57,238 bases of DNA from an uncultured bacterium (GCA_964644695.1 CAZXWN010000016.1:1-57238), one strand, 5' to 3'. Numbered from the stretch's first letter, positions 1 to 9,720 are shown. The notes: generated from the letters alone by a model not told the origin. Made by a program: numbers and translations.

Positions 1-3000
1 TGTTTACGGATAACAATACGTTCTTGTTCCTTCCGGTCAATCTGCTGACACCAATTGCGAAATTCAGAATAATCTGATGCAGCCAAATCCCAGACAGTCA
101 TTGATATGTACTCTTTATAAACAACAGTGTTTCCTTCTTTAGTAATATCAATTTTGGCCTTACCAAAAGGCTTATCTAACTCCAACGAGTTGGGTAATGA
201 ATCCACAGTAAAGCCATCCGGTAAAGTATATCGGGTTGTAATAGAACGAACCCAGCATGCCCGGAATTTCATAGGATGAATTCTCTCGGTTTGGGGAGTA
301 TAGCTCTCTGTAAGTCTTAAGGGGAATAAATTACCAAATACCTGAATTTGAGTGCCAGTCCTTGCTCCCATCTTCGGTACATGGAAATTAAACTTTATTT
401 CAGAGGGGATACTGAGATTTTTGAAATCAGAGGTCTCAATTTCAGAAACACGGGTCCCCGGCAATACAGCGTTGAATTGCTGTTCCAAGAGTTCCTGAGT
501 CTTAGACAAATTAGAAAAGTTATATCTCATACCACCCGCGAAAACACCCAGCTGTTGCGTTTCTCGTATTCCTTCAGCACTGCCATCGGCATTCAGATTA
601 ATTTCCGTATTGAAATGAGCGGAGTTTTGACTGTAATTGAGTGTCGTTGTGACTCGGAAGGTCCCACCAGTCGAAGTCACACAAAAGACTTCACAGCCCT
701 GGTCACCGACAGGATACTCATCCATTCCAGTGTACATCGCTGTTCCATCTAACCAAATCGAAGTTCCATCCACATCAGGAATATGGCAAATCGCATGGTT
801 GAACAATCCTAAGCTGGGAAGAGTCATATCCACTTTTCCTAAATCCCGGGTCCGAATCAAAACAATCTCTGCAGGAATACCAATCTCATTCAGCATGGTA
901 ATTAAAAGAGTTGCTTTATCCTTACAATCCCCATACCGGGCACGATAGATATCCATTGCTTTATGCGGTTTATATCCACCAATACCAAACTCAAGACCCA
1001 GATAACGGATATCGGTAACGGTATAATCATAGAGCGCCCGGACTTTGTCTATTTGAGTTTTTTTATTGGCTGTCAGTTCATAAACCTTGTCTTTCAAGTC
1101 CTGAGGTGCATCAAAGGATTCCTTAATCAAATTCCAATACCATGTCGCCAGATGGTCCCATGTATCAAAGGTGGAAACTTTTAAATAAGGCAATGTTTCT
1201 GACCACGATGGCATATTAGGCTCAACTTCCACTCGGGGAAGATTCATCAGCTTCACACGATATGTCCGCGTCTTACTGTCATCGGACAAATTCATTTCTG
1301 GTTGTTGAGGAATTCGCTCCAGATAAAAATTGAATTTCCGAGAGGCAGGAGTCAAAAGAACATAATCCGCCACTCGTGTAGGCTCGGTATTTCCCAGCAT
1401 GGCGATATCACCAAAATAATCACCAAAAGGATTCGTCTGTATATCATCAATCGTATATTCCAACTCGACAATAGCTCCCGGTTCAATTCCAGAAAACTGA
1501 TATTGCCGAACACTGTAATCATAATAAAGGCGGGCACCTGCATCCGAGGCGTTATATTCTCCCATTGACTTTGCGTCCTGCTGTGTTCCATCAGGCTTGA
1601 TAACTCGAGCCCGAATAAGCTCTATTTTCTGGCGACCAGGACTGTAAGCAACAGCTTTTCGGCTTTGTGATGAGACACCTTTTTCAGTTAATATCTGCAC
1701 GATTTCATGCCGGTACTGAGACGAATTGCCGTCATCGTAAACCCGAGTAATTGATTGATCCAGTAAATAGACTACATTGGCTTGATCGGTTTCAACGGCT
1801 GTTGGGGGTGTCGCTGTAGCTTGAGCCAAAGTCACCTGATAAGGTGAGTAATATTTATCTTTGTTCGGCTCCAGCCATGCCAGATAATTCGTCAGCCAGG
1901 TGTCATTAGGTTTGGCTAAAAGAGCTTTCTGCCAACAATCCAATGCCTTTGCGTTATCGCCCTGCTTTTTATATAAATCACCCTTGAGTTTCAAGAGACC
2001 CGAATCATAAGGTGTCAAAGCCAAACCCTTTTCCAACCAAGATAAACATTCTGTATCTTTATCCTGTGAATAAGCAGTCTCAGCCAACCGTTGATAGTAG
2101 GAAGCATTATAGGGTTCCAATATTATTCGTTTCTGAAGGAGCACCTGATACTCCTGATATTTCCCGGACTCCAAAGCCAGTCCAATTAATCGATCTGAGG
2201 CTCCGGTGTGGAGCGCATCCAGCTTAGAAGTTTTCTTCACCCATTCTTCCACAAGACTCCGTGGCAATAGAGTGTCTTGCAGTGTCGCCAGTTGCAGCCA
2301 GCCATCCGTAAGCATGGGAAGTAATGAAGTCACTCTGGCAAAACAGGCACGCGCCTCACCATTCCATCCTCTTTTGCGATATTCCAAACCTAGATTGAAC
2401 CAGGACACACCATGTTCCGGATTAATACCGGTGGCCGCTTTTAACCGATCCATGGCACGGTCTCGGAATCCACCCCGCGAATCCAAATCACCCAGGAGGT
2501 TTAAGGTTTGCACATCCATCGTATCGACGGCATAGGCACTTTCCAAAGCCTGGCGCCGTAGATTCACATCCGGCTGAGATTCGACATATACCTTCCGGAA
2601 GAAGATACAGTTTGGATACAGGGATACCGCAGAATCAGCAGCCCATAGACTCAAATGGGCATCTCGATCGGGGATATCTCTCCGGTTATACATTAAAGCC
2701 AACAAAGAAAATGCCATTGCATTTTTCGGATCATCACGGCAAATTCGTTCCAGTTCCGGGATCGAACCTCGGTCCAACACAGGAGGATTTCCCTTGTCCG
2801 TATATGGGGGGAGGGAGGCCACCACCTGTTTCATCACATTGGGTTGACTGGAATATTCCAGACCCGTTACAGGAGAACCATCCGGCTGAGTGATTCGGGC
2901 CGTCAATAACCAGTCCCCATCAAGACGACAGGATTTAATCATGAGGATATTCCAACCCTGGTGTAAATACACAGGAACATGGTCCTGATCAAAACGGCCT

Positions 3001-3815
3001 CTCCGGTCTGCTTTATTTGTAAAGACTTCCTCTTGATTTACCCAGACCTTTAATCCACTTCCACCCAATCTGAGAGCCAACCATCCCGATGTTGGAGATT
3101 TCACTGCGGTTAATACATAACCACAGGCCTGTTCATTAGGACGGAATAAAGCACCTAAATCAATCACGCCCCAATCGGCACCTCTTTGGGGTTCGTACCA
3201 GGACGCAGGTACCAGCTTCCCACTCACGACGGTGTCAAAACTGATACTCTTCTCAGGAGGATATTCCTCAGCCCATCCTGACTTGCCCTCATTATCATAA
3301 GGCCCATTGATCTGGAAAGCGGTCATTAGTCCCAGTGACGAAAGCATCTTCCGGGAGGAGTCAAAATCACCCTCTCTCCGCAGATGATAGGACTGATACC
3401 AGGCACGAAGTGACTGATTGTAGACAGAGGCTGTTGTGTTATGTGACAGCGCCTCTAATAAGGCAGTAAATTGTCCTGTCTTCTGACTGAAATAGGAGAG
3501 TTCCTGTGCCCGGACCAGATACACTTCGGTAAGCGGATTTCCAAAACCCTGCTTCAAAGCCTCATACGAAGATTGACAAGCCCCTTCCGTATCCCCCAGG
3601 GATTCCTGGCAAAGAGACAAACCAAACCATACATCAGGATTACCTGGTTGGAGTGCAGCTTCTTTATTAAACAGGGCTTGCGTCTCTTTAAGAGATTTGC
3701 CTTCCCTCATATAGTTCCACCCGGCGGAATCAAACTCCTGACCATATACAGGGAAAGAAAAAAGGATTACCGTTATAATAATTGCCAGATAAAACTTAAA
3801 TATTATGAGTCGCAT
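1..3815 (-). CDS. Large secreted TPR + DUF3857 + transglutaminase-like domain protein (3' end just outside the window)
   Basis: Absent from the ORF track, consistent with no stop codon inside the window. Hand translation from ATG 3815 gives a signal peptide (MRLIIFKFYLAIIITVILFSFPVYG), then GPYDNEG/GWNILMIK, then transglutaminase motifs RYGDCKDKATLL, FNHAIC and WLDGT. The GDCKD motif and the window-edge sequence IDRKEQERIVIRK were checked to be in the start frame. About 1271 codons. Confidence 0.85.
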   Translation of the reverse strand, partial: MRLIIFKFYLAIIITVILFSFPVYGQEFDSAGWNYMREGKSLKETQALFNKEAALQPGNPDVWFGLSLCQESLGDTEGACQSSYEALKQGFGNPLTEVYLVRAQELSYFSQKTGQFTALLEALSHNTTASVYNQSLRAWYQSYHLRREGDFDSSRKMLSSLGLMTAFQINGPYDNEGKSGWAEEYPPEKSISFDTVVSGKLVPASWYEPQRGADWGVIDLGALFRPNEQACGYVLTAVKSPTSGWLALRLGGSGLKVWVNQEEVFTNKADRRGRFDQDHVPVYLHQGWNILMIKSCRLDGDWLLTARITQPDGSPVTGLEYSSQPNVMKQVVASLPPYTDKGNPPVLDRGSIPELERICRDDPKNAMAFSLLALMYNRRDIPDRDAHLSLWAADSAVSLYPNCIFFRKVYVESQPDVNLRRQALESAYAVDTMDVQTLNLLGDLDSRGGFRDRAMDRLKAATGINPEHGVSWFNLGLEYRKRGWNGEARACFARVTSLLPMLTDGWLQLATLQDTLLPRSLVEEWVKKTSKLDALHTGASDRLIGLALESGKYQEYQVLLQKRIILEPYNASYYQRLAETAYSQDKDTECLSWLEKGLALTPYDSGLLKLKGDLYKKQGDNAKALDCWQKALLAKPNDTWLTNYLAWLEPNKDKYYSPYQVTLAQATATPPTAVETDQANVVYLLDQSITRVYDDGNSSQYRHEIVQILTEKGVSSQSRKAVAYSPGRQKIELIRARVIKPDGTQQDAKSMGEYNASDAGARLYYDYSVRQYQFSGIEPGAIVELEYTIDDIQTNPFGDYFGDIAMLGNTEPTRVADYVLLTPASRKFNFYLERIPQQPEMNLSDDSKTRTYRVKLMNLPRVEVEPNMPSWSETLPYLKVSTFDTWDHLATWYWNLIKESFDAPQDLKDKVYELTANKKTQIDKVRALYDYTVTDIRYLGLEFGIGGYKPHKAMDIYRARYGDCKDKATLLITMLNEIGIPAEIVLIRTRDLGKVDMTLPSLGLFNHAICHIPDVDGTSIWLDGTAMYTGMDEYPVGDQGCEVFCVTSTGGTFRVTTTLNYSQNSAHFNTEINLNADGSAEGIRETQQLGVFAGGMRYNFSNLSKTQELLEQQFNAVLPGTRVSEIETSDFKNLSIPSEIKFNFHVPKMGARTGTQIQVFGNLFPLRLTESYTPQTERIHPMKFRACWVRSITTRYTLPDGFTVDSLPNSLELDKPFGKAKIDITKEGNTVVYKEYISMTVWDLAASDYSEFRNWCQQIDRKEQERIVIRK

Positions 3816-3908
3816 GAAATACCCCGTTCAATTTAGTCGTTCTATTCTCTTTGTTAAACTAGCATAAGACAACCTGGAAGGGATGAAAAGTATTAGGGAG
3901 GTTTTCAC

Positions 3909-4502
3909 ATGTCTAAAATTGAAGTTGTCACACAAGGTTATGCGGAATTCAAAGGGCAGAACTTTATCGCCAGCCCAACGACCGTATTGGTTCGAACTCA
4001 CCGAGGCAAATTAGCCATCATTGACCCGGGGTCAAACACTCCTGCATTACTGGAGGGACTCGACCACTTAAAAATCACTCCAGGTTCAATTGATTTGATT
4101 TGCCTGACACATACTCATGTAGATCACCTGCTAAATATCCGGATATTCCCACATGCACCCGTCTATGAGTGGTATTATTTATATCATCGGGATTCGGGAA
4201 TTTATTCCCCCAATTTATTAGATTCTTTTGACATGACAGTCATTGCCACTCCCGGCCATTGCGACCAGCATGTATCCTATCTGGTCCAGACAGAGAATGA
4301 CAAAGTAGCTGTTGCCGGCGATGTGTTCTGGTGGCTCAAGGGTGAAAAACAGGAAACCCAGAGGGAACAACTTCTCACCCGAAAAGACGGCCCTGGGACT
4401 AATCCCAACCACTTATATCAAAGCCGGAAAAGACTCTTGGAATCGGCAGACATAATCATCCCGGGACATGGAAAACCTTTTCGTACATCGGAGATTAAAT
4501 AA
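3909..4502 (+). CDS. MBL-fold metallo-hydrolase
   Basis: THTHVDH metal motif, plus TPGHC, AGD and PGHG; GGAGG RBS upstream. Confidence 0.85.
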   Translation: MSKIEVVTQGYAEFKGQNFIASPTTVLVRTHRGKLAIIDPGSNTPALLEGLDHLKITPGSIDLICLTHTHVDHLLNIRIFPHAPVYEWYYLYHRDSGIYSPNLLDSFDMTVIATPGHCDQHVSYLVQTENDKVAVAGDVFWWLKGEKQETQREQLLTRKDGPGTNPNHLYQSRKRLLESADIIIPGHGKPFRTSEIK

Positions 4503-4927
4503 TGGATCAATCAGAATTATTCAACAAAATGATACACCACTTCAATACGGAAGACCGGTTCTGCAAAAGCAATGGAATTAAGGTTGTGGAGATAAGGCCT
4601 GGTTATGGACGGACACAGCTGACAGTTTGTGAACAACATCTTAATGGCCTGGATATCGTCCAGGGGGGTGCTGTCTATACACTGGCTGACCTGGCCTTTG
4701 CAGCAGCCTCTAATTCCCACGGCATTTCTTCTGTCGGGATGCACACGGACACCAGTTTTATTCACCCGGGGAAATCAGGAGTTTTAACCGCTGAAGCCCG
4801 TGAAATTTCCAGGACCCGTAAAACAGGTCATTATGAAGTGGAAGTCAAAGATGAGGAAGGGAAACTGATTGCCAAGTTTACCGGCATTGGTTACTTCCTG
4901 GGAACACCCTTTCCACCGGAAAAATAA
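4502..4927 (+). CDS. PaaI-family hot-dog thioesterase
   Basis: HLNGLDIVQGGAVYTLADLAFAAASN motif; TAATG stop/start coupling with the upstream gene. Confidence 0.85.
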   Translation: MDQSELFNKMIHHFNTEDRFCKSNGIKVVEIRPGYGRTQLTVCEQHLNGLDIVQGGAVYTLADLAFAAASNSHGISSVGMHTDTSFIHPGKSGVLTAEAREISRTRKTGHYEVEVKDEEGKLIAKFTGIGYFLGTPFPPEK

Positions 4928-5016
4928 GACAGAACAAGTATCCCATACAATCTACTGTTTACGATTTTATTGTGAGCAGTAGATTGTTTTTATTTTCAAA
5001 CAAAAGGGGGACCCGG

Positions 5017-6132
5017 TTAGACTTTCAAAAAGATATTTTTCCGATACATCCAATACAGGACTATCCACCAGACCAACAGGTAAGAAAGGATAAATCCCCA
5101 GGAACCGGCAATCGGACCACCCAGGGACACAAAACTATCCTGCCAGATTTGCCATAAGGTGACCTTTTCACCCAGAGCATTGGAAATACTCCATTCCTGC
5201 ACTGTATGAATCCTCACAATGATAGAAAAGAAATAAGCCGTGATGGCATTCATCCCAAACACCACAAACGGAAAAGCCATCTTCTTCCAACCCTTCATAT
5301 CCGTAAGGTAATAGAACGCGGCTAACATCCAACATCCAGTCCCGGCACTGAAGAGAATATAAGACGGAGTCCAAAGAGCTTTACTCATCATTAAATTGAA
5401 GTGCCAGAGGACACCGCAGACCATCAGTCCAGCCCCCATCAGAAACAGCATCTTTAACCGTTTCATAGATTCCAGGGTTTTATTCAGGAACAATTCACCC
5501 GCCAGTGTTCCCAGAATAATCAGGGGAGCCGTTGGAATGACCGAGGGAAGCCCTGATAATTTGGCAGGAAGAAGACTCCTCAAATAAGCAGTGTAATTCA
5601 CATCTTCAGTGAGTATAGACAGATATTGCCCATCAGGTCCGGGGAATGAAATAAATCGTAGCAACACCCAATAAATGACCAACATTAATCCGGCAGTCAG
5701 GTATCGGATTCGAACCGGAAGTTCATATAACAACACCCCGGCAAAAAACGCCAGACCGATAAGTTGCAACACCCCTCCGGTGCCAATCGCCAGAGTCTTA
5801 TACAGGCTGCAGCTGATAAGGCACCCAAACAGGATCAAAATCAGCATTCGCTTAAAGGCCTTCCAAAACCACATCCACCGATGAGGGTTCTTCTTCCGAA
5901 ATGAGGCGGCAGATAAAGGAAGGGAAACTCCCACCATGAATAAAAACCAGGGGAATATCAAATCCGTAAAAGTAATCAGCTGGCCCCAGGGAGCATGATC
6001 AAACTGAGGACTGAATGCCGCAGGGTCGCCTCCCTTGTTATTCACAAACAACATGGCGGCAATAGTAAATCCACGAAAAGCATCCAGAGATACTAATCGT
6101 TGGGGTTTAGTCGTTTCAGGTGTCATAGTCAT
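5017..6132 (-). CDS. Heparan-alpha-glucosaminide N-acetyltransferase-like (HGSNAT/DUF5009-type) membrane acyltransferase
   Basis: RLVSLDAFRG, HAPW..TFTDLIFPWFLF, GVLQLIG, KALWTPSY and GMNAI motifs; many TM segments. Confidence 0.85.
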   Translation of the reverse strand: MTMTPETTKPQRLVSLDAFRGFTIAAMLFVNNKGGDPAAFSPQFDHAPWGQLITFTDLIFPWFLFMVGVSLPLSAASFRKKNPHRWMWFWKAFKRMLILILFGCLISCSLYKTLAIGTGGVLQLIGLAFFAGVLLYELPVRIRYLTAGLMLVIYWVLLRFISFPGPDGQYLSILTEDVNYTAYLRSLLPAKLSGLPSVIPTAPLIILGTLAGELFLNKTLESMKRLKMLFLMGAGLMVCGVLWHFNLMMSKALWTPSYILFSAGTGCWMLAAFYYLTDMKGWKKMAFPFVVFGMNAITAYFFSIIVRIHTVQEWSISNALGEKVTLWQIWQDSFVSLGGPIAGSWGFILSYLLVWWIVLYWMYRKNIFLKV

Positions 6133-6308
6133 GGTGGAGATATTTTATCAAATATTTCCCCAGCCAACAGGAACCCCTGCTTTAAGACTGTTTAATTTCT
6201 GATTCAACTGTCAAATATCATTCTGGCTTTTCACCAGTAGTTGAATCATCTTCCCATATCAAATCAATCAGGGGTGTCCACCAGTTTTCCCTATCTGCAA
6301 CACCCTAT

Positions 6309-7064
6309 CTATGGGACTATTTCTGTTTCTACTTCTTTTGTGTCAAAGAGATTATCATCCGTCACAATCTTGATAGTGAGTTTCACTTTACCCGTTTTCC
6401 TGGCAGGTTCAAAAGTCTCTTTATTATTTTCAGGATCTTTCCGATATATGGCCTGGCCATTGGTCACGACCTCGTACCATCCAGATTTATCCTTAAACAG
6501 CTTCTTCCAGGTATTTTCATTATTGTTTATCTTCTTAGGGATTTTCGGAATGGGGGCAGAGGGAGGAGTCTTCGAGTATTTGAAGGGAGGCTTTTGGTTG
6601 ATGATCAAATCATCAATGTGTTTGGCTAATTCAAGCCTATTGGATGATTTACTATATAAATCGATAAAAACATTGTTTCGTGCAAAACAAATATTGGAAC
6701 TCTTTCTTTTGTCATAATTCCAAGACACATCTCCAATTACCCTACTATCATCACTATTCTGATAGAACTGACTATCACTTGCAATTTTATAAGCAGCTTC
6801 AACAGAACTAACAAGTTTATCTTTATCTGGATAGATACCTATAAACAAATAAATCTTATCGCTACTATCGTTCGATAAAAACGTATAACTATTAGCTTCG
6901 AGGAATTTCCTTTGGCTATTGCTTTTCAACTTAAATCCTTCAGGAACTAAATCGTTATATCGTGTAGTATCTATTCCAACAACATAAGTTGCATTAGCTG
7001 ATACGACAGTACTTAATGAAAAGAATACTGTTATTACTATAAGCAGGAGCAATATCTTCTTCAT
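6309..7064 (-). CDS. Secreted hypothetical protein, tandem paralog 4 of 4
   Basis: 251 aa, signal peptide; shares FARNNVF and the C-terminal NQKPPFKY...TDDNLFDTKEVETE block with its neighbours. Confidence 0.85.
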   Translation of the reverse strand: MKKILLLLIVITVFFSLSTVVSANATYVVGIDTTRYNDLVPEGFKLKSNSQRKFLEANSYTFLSNDSSDKIYLFIGIYPDKDKLVSSVEAAYKIASDSQFYQNSDDSRVIGDVSWNYDKRKSSNICFARNNVFIDLYSKSSNRLELAKHIDDLIINQKPPFKYSKTPPSAPIPKIPKKINNNENTWKKLFKDKSGWYEVVTNGQAIYRKDPENNKETFEPARKTGKVKLTIKIVTDDNLFDTKEVETEIVP

Positions 7065-7089
7065 ACTTCAGTTCCTCTAACTAATAAAG

Positions 7090-7839
7090 TTATGGGACTA
7101 ATTCCGTTTCAACTTCTTTTGTATCAAAGAGATTATCATCCGTTGCAATCTTGATGGTGAGCTTTACTTTACCCGTCTTCCTGGCAGGTTCGAAAGTCTC
7201 TTTAGTTCTTTTTTTCCGATATAGGACTTGTCCATTGGTCACGACTTCGTACCGCCCAGAATAATCCTTAAATAAGGCTTTCCATGTATCTTCATTATTC
7301 TTTATCTTCTTAGGGATTTTCGGAATGGGGGCAGAAGGAGGAGTTTTCGAGTATTTGAAAGGAGGCTTTTGGTTGATGATCAAATCATCAATGTGTTTTG
7401 CCAATGCAAGGCTATCTGATGATCTGCTATATAAATCAATAAAAACATTGTTTCGTGCAAAACAAACGCTGATACTTTTTCTTTTGTCATAATTCCAAGA
7501 TACATCTCCAATGACTCTGCTATCATCACTGTTTTGATAATAATAACTATCACTTGCCATTTTTAGAAATGATTCGTAAGAAATAATAAGTTTATTTCTA
7601 TCAGGATAAATACTAATATCTAAACTAATACTATCAGTACTATCTGGTGATAGAAATATATAGCTATTCGCATGTGGAAACCTCATCAGAGTATGGCTTT
7701 TCAACGTAAACCCTTCAGGAACCAAATCGCCATATCGTGTAGTATCCATCCCAACAACATAAACTGTATTAGCTGATGGAACAGCACTTAATGAAAAGAA
7801 TACTGTTATTACTATAAGCAGGGTCAATATCTTCTTCAT
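7090..7839 (-). CDS. Secreted hypothetical protein, tandem paralog 3 of 4
   Basis: 249 aa, signal peptide, same conserved blocks as the neighbours. Confidence 0.85.
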   Translation of the reverse strand: MKKILTLLIVITVFFSLSAVPSANTVYVVGMDTTRYGDLVPEGFTLKSHTLMRFPHANSYIFLSPDSTDSISLDISIYPDRNKLIISYESFLKMASDSYYYQNSDDSRVIGDVSWNYDKRKSISVCFARNNVFIDLYSRSSDSLALAKHIDDLIINQKPPFKYSKTPPSAPIPKIPKKIKNNEDTWKALFKDYSGRYEVVTNGQVLYRKKRTKETFEPARKTGKVKLTIKIATDDNLFDTKEVETELVP

Positions 7840-7864
7840 ACTTCGGTTCCTTTAACTAATAAAG

Positions 7865-8608
7865 TTATGGGACTAATTCCGTTTCAACTTCCTTGGTATC
7901 AAAGAGATTATCATCCGTCACAATATTGATAGTGAGTTTCACTTTACCCGTTTTCTTAGCAGGTTCAAAAGTCTCTTTGGTTCTTTTCTTCCGGTATATG
8001 GCCTGTCCATTGGTCACAACCTCGTACCATCCAGAATAATCCTTAAATAAGGCTTTCCATGTATCTTCATTATTCTTTATCTTCTTAGGAATTTTCGGAA
8101 TGGGGGCAGAGGGAGGAGTCTTTGCGTATTTGAAAGGTGGTTTTTGATTAACGATTAAATCATCAATATATTTGGATATCTCTAAATCTCCGGGACCTTT
8201 CAAGTATACGCGTATAAACACATTATTTCTTGCAAATAACTGCTCTTCTAAACCAGTCATCACCCAAGAATCAGTGCCAACTTTAACAACATCTGAACAA
8301 ATCCGCTTATACTCAACGCTACAAGCATCTTTCAGATATTGTTCAACACTATTAATTAGCATTTCTTTGCTGGGATATATACCAATATCCACTTCAAGAA
8401 ATTTTGAGCTATCTTGCGAAATATACCGGTAACAATTTGCATGAGGATACTGAGATGGCTTGCTCTTTTTTAAGATAAACCCTTCAGGAACCAAGTCGTT
8501 ATATTGTGTAGTATCCATCCCAACAACATAAGTTGCATTAGCTGATGCAACAGTACTTAATGAAAAGAATACTGTCATTACCATAAGCAGGGTCAATATC
8601 TTCTTCAT
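7865..8608 (-). CDS. Secreted hypothetical protein, tandem paralog 2 of 4
   Basis: 247 aa, signal peptide, same conserved blocks as the neighbours. Confidence 0.85.
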   Translation of the reverse strand: MKKILTLLMVMTVFFSLSTVASANATYVVGMDTTQYNDLVPEGFILKKSKPSQYPHANCYRYISQDSSKFLEVDIGIYPSKEMLINSVEQYLKDACSVEYKRICSDVVKVGTDSWVMTGLEEQLFARNNVFIRVYLKGPGDLEISKYIDDLIVNQKPPFKYAKTPPSAPIPKIPKKIKNNEDTWKALFKDYSGWYEVVTNGQAIYRKKRTKETFEPAKKTGKVKLTINIVTDDNLFDTKEVETELVP

Positions 8609-8633
8609 ACTTCAGTTCCTCTAACTAGTAAAG

Positions 8634-9386
8634 TTATGGGACTAATTCCGTTTCAACTTCCTTGGTATCAAAGAGATTATCATCCGTTGCAATCTTGATG
8701 GTGAGCTTTACTTTACCCGTCTTCCTGGCAGGTTCAAAAGTCTCTTTAGTCGTTTTCTTCCGATATATGACTTGTCCATTGGTTATGACATCGCACCGTC
8801 CAGAACAATCTTTAAATAAGTCTTTCCAGGTATTTTCATTATTGTTTATCTTCTTAGGGATTTTCGGAATGGGGGCAGAAGGGGGAGTCTTTGAGTATTT
8901 GAAAGGTGGTTTTTGATTAACGATTAAATTATCAATCTTTTTAGCTATCTCTGTAAAGTCATTTTCCCAACTTAAAACACTCACTAACATATTGTTTCTG
9001 GAATAAACAATTTTATGGTCATTACTTATCCAGACAATGTCTCCAACTACACAGTTTTCAGTTGACACACTATCCCATATTTCACTGATTGTCTTTCGGA
9101 AGGTATTTACAGTCTCAATTAATTTGTCTTTATTGGGATAGATAGCAATCCTTAAAGCATATTTAAGATTATTTTCAGAATCTAACACCTTAGTTTCTCT
9201 TCCATCAGAAAAAAGTAGCGTAGATTCCTTAATAATATTATTCTCATTAGGTGATATTACTTTATTTATTAACTCTTTCGCATCCACACCAGAAACATAT
9301 AAAGTATTTTTTGTCTCACCAAAACAAAGAGTCGCTGTTAATATTAAAAACAAACAGGCACTGATAAAGATAGATACTTTTTTCAT
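8634..9386 (-). CDS. Secreted hypothetical protein, tandem paralog 1 of 4 (distinct N-terminus)
   Basis: 250 aa, different signal peptide, AGGAGG RBS, conserved C-terminal block. Confidence 0.85.
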   Translation of the reverse strand: MKKVSIFISACLFLILTATLCFGETKNTLYVSGVDAKELINKVISPNENNIIKESTLLFSDGRETKVLDSENNLKYALRIAIYPNKDKLIETVNTFRKTISEIWDSVSTENCVVGDIVWISNDHKIVYSRNNMLVSVLSWENDFTEIAKKIDNLIVNQKPPFKYSKTPPSAPIPKIPKKINNNENTWKDLFKDCSGRCDVITNGQVIYRKKTTKETFEPARKTGKVKLTIKIATDDNLFDTKEVETELVP

Positions 9387-9415
9387 TACATTTTCCTCCT
9401 GTCGCTAAACACCTT

Positions 9416-9444
9416 AATATCTGACGTTTCATTGATACTGTCAA
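9416..9444 (-). promoter_or_regulatory. Putative sigma70 promoter for the paralog array
   Basis: TTGACA (9444-9439), 17-nt spacer, GATATT (9421-9416), about 30 nt before ATG 9386. Confidence 0.55.
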
Positions 9445-9633
9445 GATGCTATCCCAGATGCTTGTATATACTTTACATTTATGAAAAAGGTGGACAGAAG
9501 ATATTAAGTTTCATTATTACGGCAAACCCAGGATCATACAGGTTTCCGGTTCATAATACTTAACAAAGAAAACAATCTCTCTCTCAAACTGTAATTTCTA
9601 CCCCCACCCTCTTCGTTTCTGGTTCGTCAGATG

Positions 9634-9680
9634 AACGAAGAATCCACGGAGTGGGTCCGAGCAGGTCCGTGGATGAATCG
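9634..9680. repeat. REP-like palindromic intergenic repeat, copy 1
   Basis: aacgaagaatccacggagtgggtccgagcaggtccgtggatgaatcg; similar to 25970-26018 (reverse) and 37352-37398. Confidence 0.7.
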
Positions 9681-9720
9681 AAGCAGGTGTTCAGTTTCAT
9701 TAGATTTTCAGGAGATGAAA

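Larger units (their letters stand above)
6309..9386 (-). repeat. Tandem gene-sized repeat, 4 units; start codons spaced 775, 769 and 778 bp
   Basis: Near-identical 25-bp spacers at 7065-7089, 7840-7864 and 8609-8633; near-identical 3' ~290 bp in each gene. Confidence 0.95.

Noticed and set aside
348..3836. Short plus-strand ORFs at the left end
   Set aside because: They are antisense shadows of the long minus-strand transglutaminase-domain gene. The same applies to the shadow ORFs over nuo, fusA2 (22055-22618) and the ribosomal genes.
6309..9386. Diversity-generating retroelement as the source of paralog variation
   Set aside because: No reverse transcriptase or template repeat in the window. 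Differences include indels and all base types rather than adenine-specific changes.
9387..9600. Remnant toxin C-terminus upstream of the array
   Set aside because: Minus-strand frames read by hand (to about 9540) hit stops quickly, and the segment is better explained as promoter plus RBS.
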